64,000 bases of DNA from Octopus vulgaris (GCA_951406725.2 OX597841.1:12648001-12712000); one strand, 5' to 3'. Counted from the first letter of the stretch, positions 40,712 through 54,863 are shown. The notes: generated by a model not told the origin, from the letters alone. Numbers and translations are program-made.

Positions 40712-41490
40712 TAGTGTGGCCGTGTAGTAAGAAATTTGCGTCCCATCCACGTGGTTCTGGGTTCCCACAGCGTGGCACCTCGGCCAAGTGCTTCCTACAC
40801 TAGCCTCGCTTCTTGACTTGATCACTTGACAACCACTGCTGGTGTGTTTATGTCCCCGTAACGTAGCGGTTCGGCAAAAGAGATCGGATAGAATAAGTAC
40901 TAGGCTTACGAAGAATAAATCCTGGGGCCGATTTCTTCGCCGAAAACACTTTTAGAGGGTGTTCCAGCATGGCCGCAGTCAAATGATTGAAAAAATATAA
41001 GAATGAAAGAATAAATGAATATGTCTACACATCCACACCTATACACATATATATACACACATATACATACATAGGCGCAGGAGTGGCTGTGTGGTAAGTA
41101 GCTTGTTTACCAACCACATGGTTCTGGGTTCAGTCCCACTGCGTGGCATCTTGGGCAAGTGTCTTCTACTATAGCCTCGGGCCGACCAAAGCCTTGTGAG
41201 TGGATTTGGTAGACGGAAACTGAAAGAAGCCCATCGTATATATGTATATATATGTATATGTGTGTGTGTGTATGTGTTTGTGTGTCTGTGTCTGTCCCTC
41301 TAGCATTGCTTGACAACCGATGCTGGTGTGTTTACGTCCCCGTCACATAGCGGTTCGGCAAAAAGAAACCGATAGAATAAGTACTGGGCTTACAAAAGAA
41401 TAAGCTCTGGGGTCGATTTGCTCGACTAAAGGCGGTGCTCCAGCATGGCCGCAGTCAACTGACTGAAACAAGTAAAAGAGTAAAGAGAGT
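40712..41490 (+). mobile_element. Two SINE family A copies (40712-41010, 41073-41490)
   Basis: Direct match to the family. Confidence 0.88.
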
Positions 41491-41869
41491 ATATATACAT
41501 ATACACAGACAGACAGACAGACAGGCTGTGGCTGTCCTTCATCCAAATAAGATGGTTCAGATAGCCACCCACGCATTCACCCACACCCGGCAATGTACCC
41601 GACTGACATTTCGCAGCTTACCCGGATGTATAATGTCAATGATGTATCCATGGCAACTTCAACATTCCACTTCAATCTCGCCCACCTCTACCTTCTCCCC
41701 CCACCCCTCCGTCCAGCCACCACTGGGCGGCATCACCACCACCACCACCACCACCACCACCACCATCGCCGACACCAAAACAAACTCCACCTCTTCCACC
41801 CCGTTGTGTCTTTTATTCCTTTTACTCCCACCCCGGCGCCATCGAAGGAACTTATACCCGATCACGCAC

Positions 41870-42165
41870 CATGCTAGAAACAGCAGCTCGTACCCTAATG
41901 TCATGAGCCAGGAAGGACATATTAGATAATGTACTCCTAGATACACCTGTGTCTGAATAAAAGATGGGATGGTCACAGCTAGAAGATCCCTGATCATAGT
42001 TCTGCTGGATCAGGACTGACCTGTGGCTAAATAATAATAACAAGGAAGGCCACTTTAGATAATGTAGTCCTAGGTACACTCTGCCTGAATAAAAGACGGC
42101 ATGGTCATGGCTGGAACATCTTTGATCATAGTTCTACTGGATCAGGACTGACCTGGGGCTAAACG
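41870..42165 (+). repeat. Old interspersed repeat (family E) with its about 125-bp 3' unit in tandem x2
   Basis: Unit ...GATCATAGTTCTACTGGATCAGGACTGACCTGGGGCTAAA. Related copies near 6200, 7210, 11230, 12760, 13030, 39700, 60420 and 63340. Confidence 0.75.
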
Positions 42166-42929
42166 ACACCGCCCCTCCTCTCACATCCCCCCCACCACCA
42201 TTTCCGCCATAACAAACGCCCTCTATTGTTTTAGTCATGTGTTACGAGTGGGGGAAATATATCGACCCCCGCCACCACCGCACCCGCCTCCTTTACTACT
42301 CGCTCTACCCCAGGGTGGGAGCATTGTCAGCCGTCCCCCCCCACCACCCGCCCATTCTAGGGTGGCACTGTTTATATTTCATTGTAATGTTGGTTCATTG
42401 AGTGTGAACACCCACCGCCACTACCACCACTACTACTACTACTACTACTACAGCGCGTAACCCCTAATACCCCGTTCTAAACTATTTGTCCTAATCCTAC
42501 TTGGTCTCTCTGTTTCTTTCCCGCCCTCCTCACCATTACACACTCGCGCGCGCGTTGAATACGTGTGTGTGTGTGTTATCGTTATTTATTTATTAAAATC
42601 CTCCATCTAAATAAGGGGCTGGCTGGTCCCTAAAACACAAATAAAAGCCCCACCAATAGAATGTAAGAACTATTATATTTTGAACCTTAAGAAAGTCTTG
42701 CATAATTCTATTGTTCCCCTTACATTTGTATTTGTAAAATGGGTGAGCGAACTGGTCTCTTTCTTTGCCTGAAAAATCATCATTTCTTTACGTTAATTAA
42801 GAACATATTTAATATAATCACGTGCACTAATTATTAGTCGTATAAACACAATGTAATTTCATGGTTCCGGGTCCTACTATAAGCCTTGTGAGTGGATTTG
42901 ATAGATGGAAACTGAAAGAAGTCCGTCGT

Positions 42930-43006
<77 letters not shown>

Positions 43007-43059
43007 TTAATAAATAAAATATATGCATACATACATATATGTACGTACCTACATCTACA

Positions 43060-43098
<39 letters not shown>

Positions 43099-43266
43099 AT
43101 GTATATGTGTGTATGTGTAGGTATGTATAGGTACACATATGTATATATATATATGTGTACATATGGACATGTGTGTGCATGTGTGTATGTATATATGTGT
43201 GTGTATGTGTATGTGTGTGTATGTATATACTTGTATGTATATGTATGTGTGGGCGTGTGTGTATAT

Positions 43267-43326
<60 letters not shown>

Positions 43327-43587
43327 GTGTATGTATATATGTGTGTGTGTGTATATATATACATATGTGTATATGTATAAGTGAGAGTCTCCTTATTTAC
43401 CTAAAACTCTATACTTCTATTTATTTTTTCATTCTTTTATTTATTCTTTTATCTACTTTACCACTGACTCCTTGACCACTCCCCTAAGTATGATATTTTT
43501 GCGCTATGCCTATCCCCAAAAAGTCCCCCACCACCACCCCTTTAAACCTGCCTAAATGTATAAATGCCAAAACAATTCTTGTTAACT

Positions 43588-43638
43588 AGCTTCCTGATGA
43601 TTTCTCTTGAATGAAACAGTTCTAGTCCTGTAGAAGCT
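43588..43638 (+). ncRNA. Type I hammerhead ribozyme
   Basis: AGCTTC-CTGATGA-T-TTC-TCTT-GAA-T-GAAACAG-TTCTAGTC-CTGTA^GAAGCT: 6-bp stem I, 4-bp stem III, GUA cleavage triplet. Confidence 0.8.
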
Positions 43639-43649
43639 CCTTCTATATA

Positions 43650-43690
<41 letters not shown>

Positions 43691-43695
<5 letters not shown>

Positions 43696-44520
43696 GGTTG
43701 CGATGGGTAAATTGTCGCTATTTTACATTTTTTATTTCATGCATTGTGCATTGTTTGTTTACGATTTTGTCGGCTACACAGGATGCAAGGGTTGTTTGGG
43801 CACCGTCTGTGAGAAAAACAGCCCCACGACGCAATTCACTCTGCCAGAAATTCGGAAACGACATGCTATACAGCTTGGCATTCACACTTGAAGCTCCAAT
43901 ATGAATATTTCCGAGTGTTTGGATGTCAATCTGAGGACAGAGTAATCTGAGGACACGTAGAGAGAGCGATAAAAGTCAAACATCCAGTGAACATCATGGT
44001 GTTTGTAGTGATCACTAGTGATGGTGACATTATGCATCGATTCATCTTCCCACATGGCCTCAGACTCAACACGGAGGCCTACATCAAGTGCCTGGAGGAA
44101 GTAGTGCTGCCCTGGGTCAAGAGAGTGGCTGCTGGAAGACCCTATGTCTGGCAACAGGACTCTGCACCATGTTACACAAGCAGGAGAACCCAGTCATGGC
44201 TGTCAGACAATTTCTGCGACCACGTCACCCCAAACATCTGGCCACCTAACTCCCCAGACCGCAAGCCCCTTGATTATTATGTGTGGGGTGCAGTTGAGTG
44301 AGAGACCAACAAAACTCCTCGTAACACCAAAGGTGAACTGAAGTCAAGGATTATGGCAGCATTTCACCAACTGTAAAAAGGAGACCGTCCTGAAACTTGC
44401 AGGAGATTTCAAAGTCGTCTGGAGGCCATGGTTGAAGCCAAAAGGGGATTTTATTGAATCAATTTACTCTTTAGTATTTCAAGATATTTTTAGGTAATTT
44501 TGGTAAATATATGTTAAATG
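43691..44520 (+). mobile_element. maT (DD37D) Tc1/mariner-superfamily transposon, internally deleted
   Basis: Starts TA-CAGGGT after (TA)n. VWQQDSAP...WPPNSPDRKPLDYYVW has 37 residues between the second and third catalytic Asp. Confidence 0.88.
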
Positions 44521-44889
44521 AAACTTGAAATGTCGAAAATTGTGATGTGTGTCCCTATGTGTTTGTGTTCAGTCACCATTTTCTGTTTCACATTAAATTC
44601 CGATCTAATAGGAGTCAACATCATTTGCAAAGTATTTTTAGAAGATTTCATTAAAATATATTCATTTTTCTGCAAGTTATGAGGAAACTAGGATGTTTTT
44701 CTATTTTTTGCTCATTTTCCTCGAATTCACCAAAGCAAAGCATATGAGTGACTTCTGGTGGTTTAGGGTCGTTTTGACTTCTATTTCTAGCATGCTGGTA
44801 CCATCCTAATACCCGCCATCATAATCATATATATAGAATATAATTATTAATTTATGTTAACTTTTACCTCTATAGTTTTTAATACATGC

Positions 44890-44996
44890 TAGCTTACCAA
44901 CCACATGGTTCCGAGTTCAGTGTCTTCTACTATAGCCCCGGGCTGAATAAATCCTTGTGAGTGGATTTGGTAGACGGAAACTGAAAGAAGCCCGTC

Positions 44997-45058
<62 letters not shown>

Positions 45059-45300
45059 AAGTGTGTGTATGTAGGTGTGTGTATACGTTTGTGTGTCTGC
45101 GTTTGTCCCCCCAACATCGCTTGACAACCGACGGTGGTGTGTTTACGCCCCCGTAACTTAGCGGTTCGGCAAAAGAGATCGATAGAATAAGTACTAGGCT
45201 TCCAAAGAATAAGTCCTGGGATCGATTTGCTCGACTAAAGGCGATGCTCCAGCATGGCCGCAGTCAAATGACTGAAACAAGTAAAAGAGAGAATAAAAAG
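44890..45300 (+). mobile_element. SINE family A with a small internal deletion
   Basis: Direct match to the family. Confidence 0.85.
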
Positions 45301-45302
45301 AG

Positions 45303-45372
<70 letters not shown>

Positions 45373-45557
45373 AAGATAAGCACATAAATGTGAAACAAGG
45401 TGGAAAGAAAAGAGAACTCGAACACCAGAGGCAGAGTAATATGTTTTATTTAAAAGCAGCAAAAAAAAAGATGTCCGACGAACGTGAATCTCTGAGTAAC
45501 AATTTTTGTGATATTTTGCCGCTTTTTAATAAAGTATAGATAGATAGATAGATAGAT

Positions 45558-45618
<61 letters not shown>

Positions 45619-45622
45619 CTCG

Positions 45623-45682
<60 letters not shown>

Positions 45683-46046
45683 CAGAGAGACAGATATCTG
45701 GACTTGTAGCCAACCATCCAACCACCCCAACCCTATCCAGCCAGGGGTTACCAAGGTAGTTTACACAATGTTTGTTAAAATAAGGTGAAAGAAGGAACCT
45801 GATCAAACATTTGATTGGCTGAAATAAAACTGAAGTGCAGCCGACCACTTAACGTAGTTCAGGGCCAGCAGTTGTGCCAGGGGTGACACTTGGAAGCCCT
45901 TAAAATAGATGGATAGGTAGATAGGATAGATAGATAGACAGACAGACAGGTAGGTAGGTAGATAGATAGATAGATGGATAGATAGATAGGTAGGTAGATA
46001 GATGGATAGATAGAGACAGATAGATATATAGATAGGTGGATAGATG

Positions 46047-46086
<40 letters not shown>

Positions 46087-46149
46087 TGGATAGATAGATA
46101 GATTGATAGATAGATAGATTGATAGATAGAGAGAGAGAGAGAGAGAGAT

Positions 46150-46272
<123 letters not shown>

Positions 46273-46286
46273 TAGAGAGAGAGAGA

Positions 46287-46321
<35 letters not shown>

Positions 46322-46999
46322 GTAGGTAGGTAGGTAGGTAGGTAGGTAGGTAGGTAGGTAGGTAGGTAGGTAGGTAGGTAGGTAGATAGATAGATGGATG
46401 GATAGATAAGTTTCTTTATTGGCCACACAGGGCTGCACACAGATGGGACAAATTACAAGGTAGAGCTTTTCTTTTGTGGGATGAAAAAAACAATAAAAAA
46501 TAACAAAAAACAAAAGAAACAAAAAAAAGTGGCGTAGATTTTCGGTGAAAAGGGATCGTAAAAGGGGGAGAAAAAAAAAGATAGATAGATAGATATAGTT
46601 GTGTTGCCACCCGGGCGAAACAATACCCCGGGTGGTGATAGAGTGGACAATTGCTGTTATCACATCATCAAAAAGTGATCAGTTAATGGGGGAGGAAAGA
46701 GAAGGGGTTCGGACAGGAAGTAGCCACCGTCCGTGTGTATGTGTGTGCGTGTATGTATGTATGTGTGTATGTGTGTGTGTTTAATCTATCTTTTACTGTT
46801 TCAGTCAGTTTTGACTGCGGCCCTGCTGGGGCACATCCTTGCAGGGTTTTAGTTGAACAAATCGGCTCCAGAACTTTTTTTAAAACCTATAACTTATTCT
46901 ATCGATTTACTTTTGACAAACCGCTGCTTTTTTACGGGGACATAAACACACCAACACCAGACGTCAAGCGGTGATGGGGACACAAACACTGACACACAC

Positions 47000-47037
<38 letters not shown>

Positions 47038-47043
47038 GGACAC

Positions 47044-47114
<71 letters not shown>

Positions 47115-48345
47115 TAGATAGAGAGAGAGACAGAGACAGATAGAGAGAGAGAGAGAGGTCTGTATATGTATGTATATAGATGGCGGTGCTCCAGCATGGC
47201 CATTGCTGAAACATATATACACCGTCAGTAGTGTATATATATCCTAAGAAAGAAGCAAACTTGAAAGCTTAGGGGTAATAATGTGTTTTTTTTAGGTGCG
47301 AAACTGAAGATCCCGCTACGACCGACCATTGCCGTTACCTGGCCTGCGTGCGTGCGCGTGTTTGTGAGTGTGTCAAGCATACCAACAAAAGGTGTGGCAG
47401 TGGTGGTGGTGGTAGTGGTGGTGGTGGTGGCAGTGGTGGTGGTGGTGGTGGTAGCGATTTGCCAAAAGGTTCGGCGCTGGACCCTACAATGGTTGTGAGA
47501 CGAACTGTGACGAGGTCAGAGATCGAAACATAAAACTGGACACCCGCCTCCAGCGACACATCTACCGCTGACCTCATCTATTGTTGACGGTCAAAGTTCA
47601 AGCCAGGAGGTCATCATTTCAGTTTTCACCTCCTTCCAGAAGTTGTTGTTAGTGTTGTTGTTGTTGTTGTATATACAGACCAGTATATTCTTTTATTTGT
47701 TTCGGTCATTTGACTGCGCCCATGCTGGAGCACCGCCTTTAGTCGAACAAATCGACCCCAGGACTTATTATTTGTAAGTCTAGTACTTATTCTATCGATT
47801 TCTTTTGCCGGCCCACTAAGTTACGGAGACGTAAACACACCGACATCGGTTGTCAAGTGATGGGGTGGGGGGACAAACAATGATGCCTTAAATCTCATTA
47901 GGGTGGATCTGAGGGAGATTTGGCTGCTGTTTCTGCCAGGTCTAGCAATCATGTGGTGATATCTCTCCTTGCTTCATACATACATACATACAACATTAAG
48001 GTGTGAACTGAGGGAGATTTGGCTGCTATTTCTAGCGGGACAACCTACCATGTAGAGATCCCCCCTCCTCGTTGGTTCCTTAAGTAATTAATGTCTCATT
48101 AACCATAATGACCCTCTACTGAACACCCAGCAGATTAAGAGGATTATCTCCGACTTTCATGTAGTATCAAGTGTCCTTAATTAGGACTAATTACAGAAGC
48201 AATTAATCCATCTGTTGAAGGTTTTTAGATATTATAAGTATCCAAAGTTTAATGGGATCACACATACACACACACACACATATATGCATGTATGTATACA
48301 CTCGTGTATGTAGATATGCATGTGTGTGTGTGTGTGTGAATCTAT

Positions 48346-48652
48346 GCATGGCCAAGTGGTTAAGGCAGCGGACTCGCGGTCGGAGGATCGCGGTTTCGAT
48401 TCCCAGACCGGGCGTTATGTGTGTTTATTGAGCGAAAACACCTAAAAGCTCCACGATGCTCCAGCAGGGGCTGGTGGCAACCCCTGTTGTACTCTTTCAC
48501 CACAATCTTCTCTCACTCTCTCTCTTCCTCCTTGAGTAACGCTGCGATGGACTGGCGTCCCGTCCAGCTGTGGGGGGGGGGGAACACATACGCCACAGAA
48601 ATCGGGAAACCGGGCCCATGAGCCTGGCTAGGCTTGAAAAGGGCGACGTTTA
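48346..48652 (+). mobile_element. tRNA-derived SINE family D with V-domain-like segment
   Basis: TGGCCAAGTGGTTAAGG A box, GGTTTCGATTCCC B box, and CTGCGATGGACTGGCGTCCCGTCCAG. Confidence 0.8.
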
Positions 48653-48654
48653 TC

Positions 48655-48706
<52 letters not shown>

Positions 48707-48748
48707 TATAATATATCTATATATATATATATAACAATAATAAATCTC

Positions 48749-48824
<76 letters not shown>

Positions 48825-48946
48825 AGTGGACAATTGAAAGAAAAGACCACTCGGCACATTTTAAAGGAGCTACATGTATTATTTAAAACAGCATGTAGAA
48901 TATATATACACACACATATATATCCATGTATATATATATATATATG

Positions 48947-49027
<81 letters not shown>

Positions 49028-49054
49028 AGAGAGAGAGAAAAGAGAGAGATGTAT

Positions 49055-49085
<31 letters not shown>

Positions 49086-49433
49086 CAGACACATCTACCT
49101 CAATTTATTTTCTACATTTCTCTGCTCCTTTGTGGCCGGAGACTTTATTATTATACATGTCCATGTTCAGCGTTGTGGTCACGCCATATTGTAACCCTGT
49201 AAGGTTTCGCGAGGGGTTTGGTGAAGGACGTCGGTGGGGGGCAGAGGACATAAAATGGATTTGCATTTCTGATGGTTTACAGTGAAGAGCTTGGCTGAGG
49301 TGGATCAGTGGAGGATTCTCGGACAAATTCAGAACAAGGGTAGAGGTTTGGATATTTGTGCGTACACACAAATATATACATGTTTGTGTGTGCTTGGGTG
49401 TGAGTAGGTATGTGTTCTATAAACTTGCATGAA

Positions 49434-49469
<36 letters not shown>

Positions 49470-49487
49470 TATATATATATATATATG

Positions 49488-49591
<104 letters not shown>

Positions 49592-49720
49592 CATATATAT
49601 ATATGTATATCTATCTATCTATCTATATATACTATATATATGTATATCTATCTATCTATCTACTATCTATCATCTATATATATATATACGTATGTACATA
49701 TATGTATATATGTATAAATG

Positions 49721-49819
<99 letters not shown>

Positions 49820-50348
49820 GTATGCATATAAATATATATATGTTTGTGAGCATGTGTGTGTTTTATATACTGCCATGAATGATATATATATATATATATA
49901 TATATACATATGTATATTCAAATATATATGTATATCTATCTATCTATCTATCTATCTATCTTCCTATCTATCTATCTATATATATATATACAAATATAGA
50001 TATAGATATGTATATATATGTATACGTATATATGTATATGTATGCGTATATACCTAGCTATATATATGTATATACATACATATACATGTAAATATGTATG
50101 TATATATATCTATATATCCATATGTATGTATGTATCTATATATATGTATGTGCGTATGTATGTATGCATGTGTATTTCTCTCCTTCTAAATAGCAATATA
50201 TTTTATGGAAACCAAATAAGCGATCGATCCGTCCTCAAATCTCACTGTAAACCGATATCTTCCTCTGGTGCAGTGACGACCATTAGAGGGTGGCCGGGAG
50301 GAGAGAGGAGGGCGGGGGTTGATCCTGGCTGTGTATATATATTATTAT

Positions 50349-50390
50349 GTGATATCGTGATATCGTGATATCGTGATATCGTGATATCAC
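50349..50390. repeat. 8-bp tandem (GTGATATC) x5
   Basis: Seen directly. Confidence 0.92.
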
Positions 50391-50507
50391 TCTGGCAAAC
50401 TTGGGGGTTATAGCTGCAATTTATTATCACAGACTTTTAGTTGTGAAAAGCTTTGAATGGTGGAAAGTCTTCTACGAGTGAGAGTGAAGTGGAGTGGGTT
50501 TTTTTGG

Positions 50508-50935
50508 CTGTGGTGGTGGTTGCAGTGGGGATGGTGATGGCAGTTGTTGCTTGTGTGGTGGTGGTGATGGTGGTGATGGTGGTGATGGTGGTGGTGTTGG
50601 TGGTGGTGGTGTTGGTGGTGGTGGTGACAGCGGTGGTGGTGGTGGTAGTGTTGGTGGTGGTGGTGGTGGTTTTGGTAGTGGTTGTAGTGGTGTTGGTGGT
50701 GGTGGTGTTGTTGTGTGTTGGTGGTGGTGGTGGCGGTGGTGGTGGTGGTGGTTGTAGTTGTAGCGGTGGTGGTGTTGGTGGTGGTTTGTGTGGTGGTGGT
50801 GGTGGTGTTGTTGTTGGTGGTGTTGGTGGTGATATTGGTGTTGGTAGCGGTGCTGTTTACTATAGTGGTTATAGTGGTTTCAGTGGTGGTTGCGGTGATG
50901 GTGGTGGTGGTGGTGGTGGTTGTGGTGGTGGTTTG
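50508..50935. repeat. Degenerate (GGT)n microsatellite
   Basis: Seen directly. Confidence 0.95.
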
Positions 50936-51690
50936 TAGAGATGATGGTGAGGCAGTTGTTCGACCCTCTTCGTTGAGTGGCGGGGGGAGGGAGGGAGGGG
51001 GTGAGGTGAGAGTGTTGAACCCTGGGAAAAAAAAACGAAATTCTGGTTTAGTATGACATAAAACAGACATGCCTGGTGGTGATGGGGGCGGCTGCGTGTA
51101 GTAATGTAACTGTGGTATCTGACACCCTATCCCCTCCACCCCCACACACACGCCCTTTCCACCCTCCTCCTCCTCAATAATAGATTTAAGCAGACCCCTA
51201 CCAAATCAACTGCCTCCCACCAACCCCTCGATCCTTCTCTCACCAGCGGAGGAGGAGGAGGAGGGGGGAGGGGAGGAGAAGGGGGAGGAGAGGAGCAGAC
51301 AATATCCATTATAACTAAACATTATACTCAACAACGTAAACAGACCACACAGATGGAGAGAGAGAGAGAGAGAAGGAGAAGAAGAAGAAGAAGAAGAAGA
51401 AGAAGAAGAAGAAGAAGAAGAAGAAGAAGAAGAAGAAGAGAGGGAGATATAAAGCGAAAAACCGCCGCCACCGACAAAAGCCTTGCTTACGTACATCTAT
51501 TATAGTGTATATGACAATGAGGAAGACTCTAAGATATATATATACATACATACATATATATACATACATACATATATATATATATATAAAGTTAATCCAA
51601 ACAAGAAAACAAAAACAAAAAAACAACAACGCAAGGACGTGGAACAAATAAAGTATTATTGGACGCTCAGGAAAGAAGGGAAGAAGGAGG

Positions 51691-51725
51691 GTTTAACGTT
51701 TCGAGCGGAGCTCTTCGTCGGAAAC
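51691..51725 (-). ncRNA. Minimal hammerhead ribozyme with palindromic stem III (U4C variant), inside a Penelope-like terminal repeat at about 51590-51800
   Basis: Minus strand reads GTTT-CCGACGA-A-GAGC-TCC-GCTC-GAAACGTT^AAAC. The sister copy at about 19160-19265 has canonical CTGACGA but has lost the GAAAC half. Confidence 0.62.
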
Positions 51726-51849
51726 ATAGGAGAAGGAAAGATCCAGAGAAGGGAAGACAGAGGAAAAAAAATCGCCAACGGTACACACGCGGTAACACAC
51801 TCACACACACAGCGAGAGAGTAGTATTTGTGTGTGTGTGTGTTTAAGAT

Positions 51850-52010
51850 TGGTGGAATCGAAAGCTTCGTCCTGAAGTGGCAATTACGCTGGGCTGGGGC
51901 ATGTGGTCAGAATGAGTGACGAAAGAATAGCCAAAAGTCTCGCGTACATCCAGATAGGAGGAATGTTGGTCGACCATGGCTAAGATTATAAGGACAAGCT
52001 GAAGGGCAAC
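51850..52010 (+). mobile_element. RTE (BovB-like) LINE C-terminal fragment
   Basis: IESFVLKWQLRWAG/HVVRMSDERIAK...GRP..R.YKDKLK, with frameshifts. Confidence 0.75.
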
Positions 52011-52389
52011 GTCCTTGGGGTGAACAGAATGGAGATCGTCGTGTCAAAACGACGACCGCTCGGTTCAAAGTCTCCCTTGACCACAAGTGGCCTGAACTCT
52101 TTACATGAACACCACCCTGTACATAACTCCATGTCCCCCTACATGGCCTTGTTTTTTGCTTTTTGAGCCAAAAATTAACTAACTAACTAAAACGGTATAA
52201 GTGACTTTGTTGCAACCAGCATTAAGGGACTTAGCGGTGCAAAGCAAAAGAGAAAATTGGCTGTAAATAACAGCCCCTGCACTAATCCGCAATCCTCATA
52301 TCTGTGGGTTTCTTTGCAAATCGTTGGCGGGACTCAAGCGCCACATTCGACATAAGCATTATGGTTGACAAAGGTTGTCGGATCTTCGT

Positions 52390-53120
52390 ATGACGGACTG
52401 GCATCAAAAGGTTCCCAGATTAATTATGTTTAATAAAAAATACATAATTGACCCCAGTTTTAACATAATCTCCTTCGAAATAGTCACCTTGCGCAGCAAA
52501 ACACCAGTCTCCTCCTGTCACTTTTGAAGTCCTGCCTGGAAGTCATTTTCCGTCAGCGAGTCGAGGACCTTCCGTGATTCACAACAATATTAAAACGGTG
52601 ACCTTTGAGCTGCATTTTCACCTTGGGGACGAGATGGATGTCAGCAGGTGGTAAATCTGGCGAACAGGGCGGATGTGGAAGCGACACCATGTTGTTTTGG
52701 TGAGAAACTCACGACAGGGGGCGTTGTCATCATGAAAAATCCAATTTTTTACGCTCCACAGATCTGGTCCCTTTCGTCGAATGTTCTCCCTCAAGCACTT
52801 CGGTAGAACTCTCGAGAGACGGTCTGGCCCCGAGAGACGAATTCTCGATGCAAAATCCCGCGGATGTCAAAAAACCGATGCGCATGCTCTCGGCAGGGCT
52901 GCAACTCTGTCGTGCCGCTTTTGAAGAGCCCGTGTGCCGCAAGAAACATTGTGTACGATCCATTGCATCATCGACGTACGCTTACCGAAACATGTCCGAT
53001 GTTCCAGTAACAGAATTCCCAAGTTTAACACAAAATCTCACGTTGGCTCTTTGTTCCGACTTCCGGTCCATGACAAAAATCGCAGACTACAACACACACG
53101 TGATCACGGACATCTTACGT
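52390..53120 (-). mobile_element. Degraded, internally deleted mariner
   Basis: MDRKSEQRANVRFCVKLG at the 5' end and AAQGDYFEGD at the 3' end. Confidence 0.82.
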
Positions 53121-54569
53121 AAGTAAAATTACGTAATATGTTAATAGCGAAACATGTCTGCGAATAATCCGTATTTTCATTGCTTTTTCTTTTGTCTTGC
53201 TCGATTACGTTTTGGTTGTTTTGCTAAATTTTTCTTGAGAACATTTCTCAGTGCTAAGATCATAGCGGATCTATTTCTAGCATAAGGGTGTCCACATAGT
53301 GGTTTCCCTCTAATATGTATATAATACAATTTTACTGAAACTTCAGTCTTTTTATATGCTAGTCAACTGGTGTGAAATCGATGTTAATTAAATTAATATC
53401 TAATTTCTCACCCTCATTTTAAATTTATATATATATATACAACAGGCTTCTTTCAGTTTCCGTCTACCAAATTCACTGACAAGGCTTTTGTCGGCCTCAG
53501 GTCATAGTAGAAGACATACACTTGCCCATGGTGTCACGTAGTGGAACTGAACCCAGAACCATAGGGTTGGGAAGCTAACTTCTTACCACACAGCTATGTA
53601 TAGTTTGTTTACGTTTTTGCTCAAGAAAATTGCCATACAAGACGTGAAACTCGTGTTTCTGGCAAAGATGTTTTATGTGACCGTGATCGGCCACCAGGGG
53701 TGGTGCGCCACTGCTATGCTTTTGTTGTCATCCACTCATTGCAAATAACTAACAGGTGAATAAAATTTTGCTAACATTCCTTTTATTTTTCCACGAGAAT
53801 TTTTCAATTAGATAATTAAAAAGTGTTTCTTAAAGGTAACACGGTCGTTAAATAACGCAAAACCTATATTAGGTGTTGGTTTCGAATGCTAAGGAAGAAG
53901 ACATATGAGATGATGTGACCTTTCCATATAACTGCCAACGTACCATAAACATTTTTTTTAAAGATTGTGCAAACAGTCTGTGATAACCTGGCTTGTTTTC
54001 AATATTTTATTATTAGTAACAATTAACGAAGGAAGTAGACTGAGGCTTATCCCGTTCCCTAGCCGAGGACACTCAATTTCCTAGCCATAATACCGTCGCA
54101 GTAGACGCAGGGGAATTTTTCACCCGGTTCAAACCTATCACCTCACCTATTCTCACCACCCCCTCCGCCGATGTCCCTCGAAGGCATGTCTCGGCACATC
54201 TTTGCCATCACCTCTCTCTCTCTTTCTCACTATTGCTCTCTTATCTTACTCTCTAACTCACCTTGCTCTCCTTTTCCAACTGCAGTGTCCATGTATCTAC
54301 CGTAAATCCGAGTATAATCCGCCCCCCTCCCAATTTTAAGGTCAAAATCCCTAGTGCGTACTATATACGCGGTTAGAAATGAAAATTATTTTCTAAGCAA
54401 TGTCCGAGTCTCTATTTGCTGTCCAGGAATGTTTATTCAGACGCATTTTGTGATGTCGGGCGCGAAAATACCTGAACCTAAGCCTGTAAGCAATGAAGTC
54501 ATAAAAGGATCATCCATAACTTGCAGTAAGCAACATTTATTAAACGTTATTACTGTTATTACTGTTTGT

Positions 54570-54601
<32 letters not shown>

Positions 54602-54607
54602 CTTTGC

Positions 54608-54808
54608 GAAGTCACGTGGCTTAGTGGTTAAGGGCATTCGGCTCACGATTGTAAGGTCGTGAGTTCGATTCCTGGTGATGCATTGTGTCCTTGAGCAAGA
54701 CACTTTATTTCACGTTGCTCCAGTCCACTCAGCTGGCAAAAATGAGTTGTACCTGTATTTCAAAGGGCCAGCCTTGTCACACTCTGTGTCATGCTGAATC
54801 TCCTTGAG

Positions 54809-54812
<4 letters not shown>
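54608..54812 (+). mobile_element. SINE family C, 3'-truncated at (TA)n
   Basis: Matches 28945-29268. Confidence 0.8.

Positions 54813-54863
<51 letters not shown>

Noticed and set aside
47295-47533. Possible exon encoding a Cys/Gly-rich peptide
   Set aside because: An acceptor-like site exists, but the frame runs through (GT)n and (GGT)n repeats with no recognisable domain or partner exon.
48346-48420. tRNA gene
   Set aside because: A and B boxes are present, but there is no proper acceptor stem and it continues into a SINE body.
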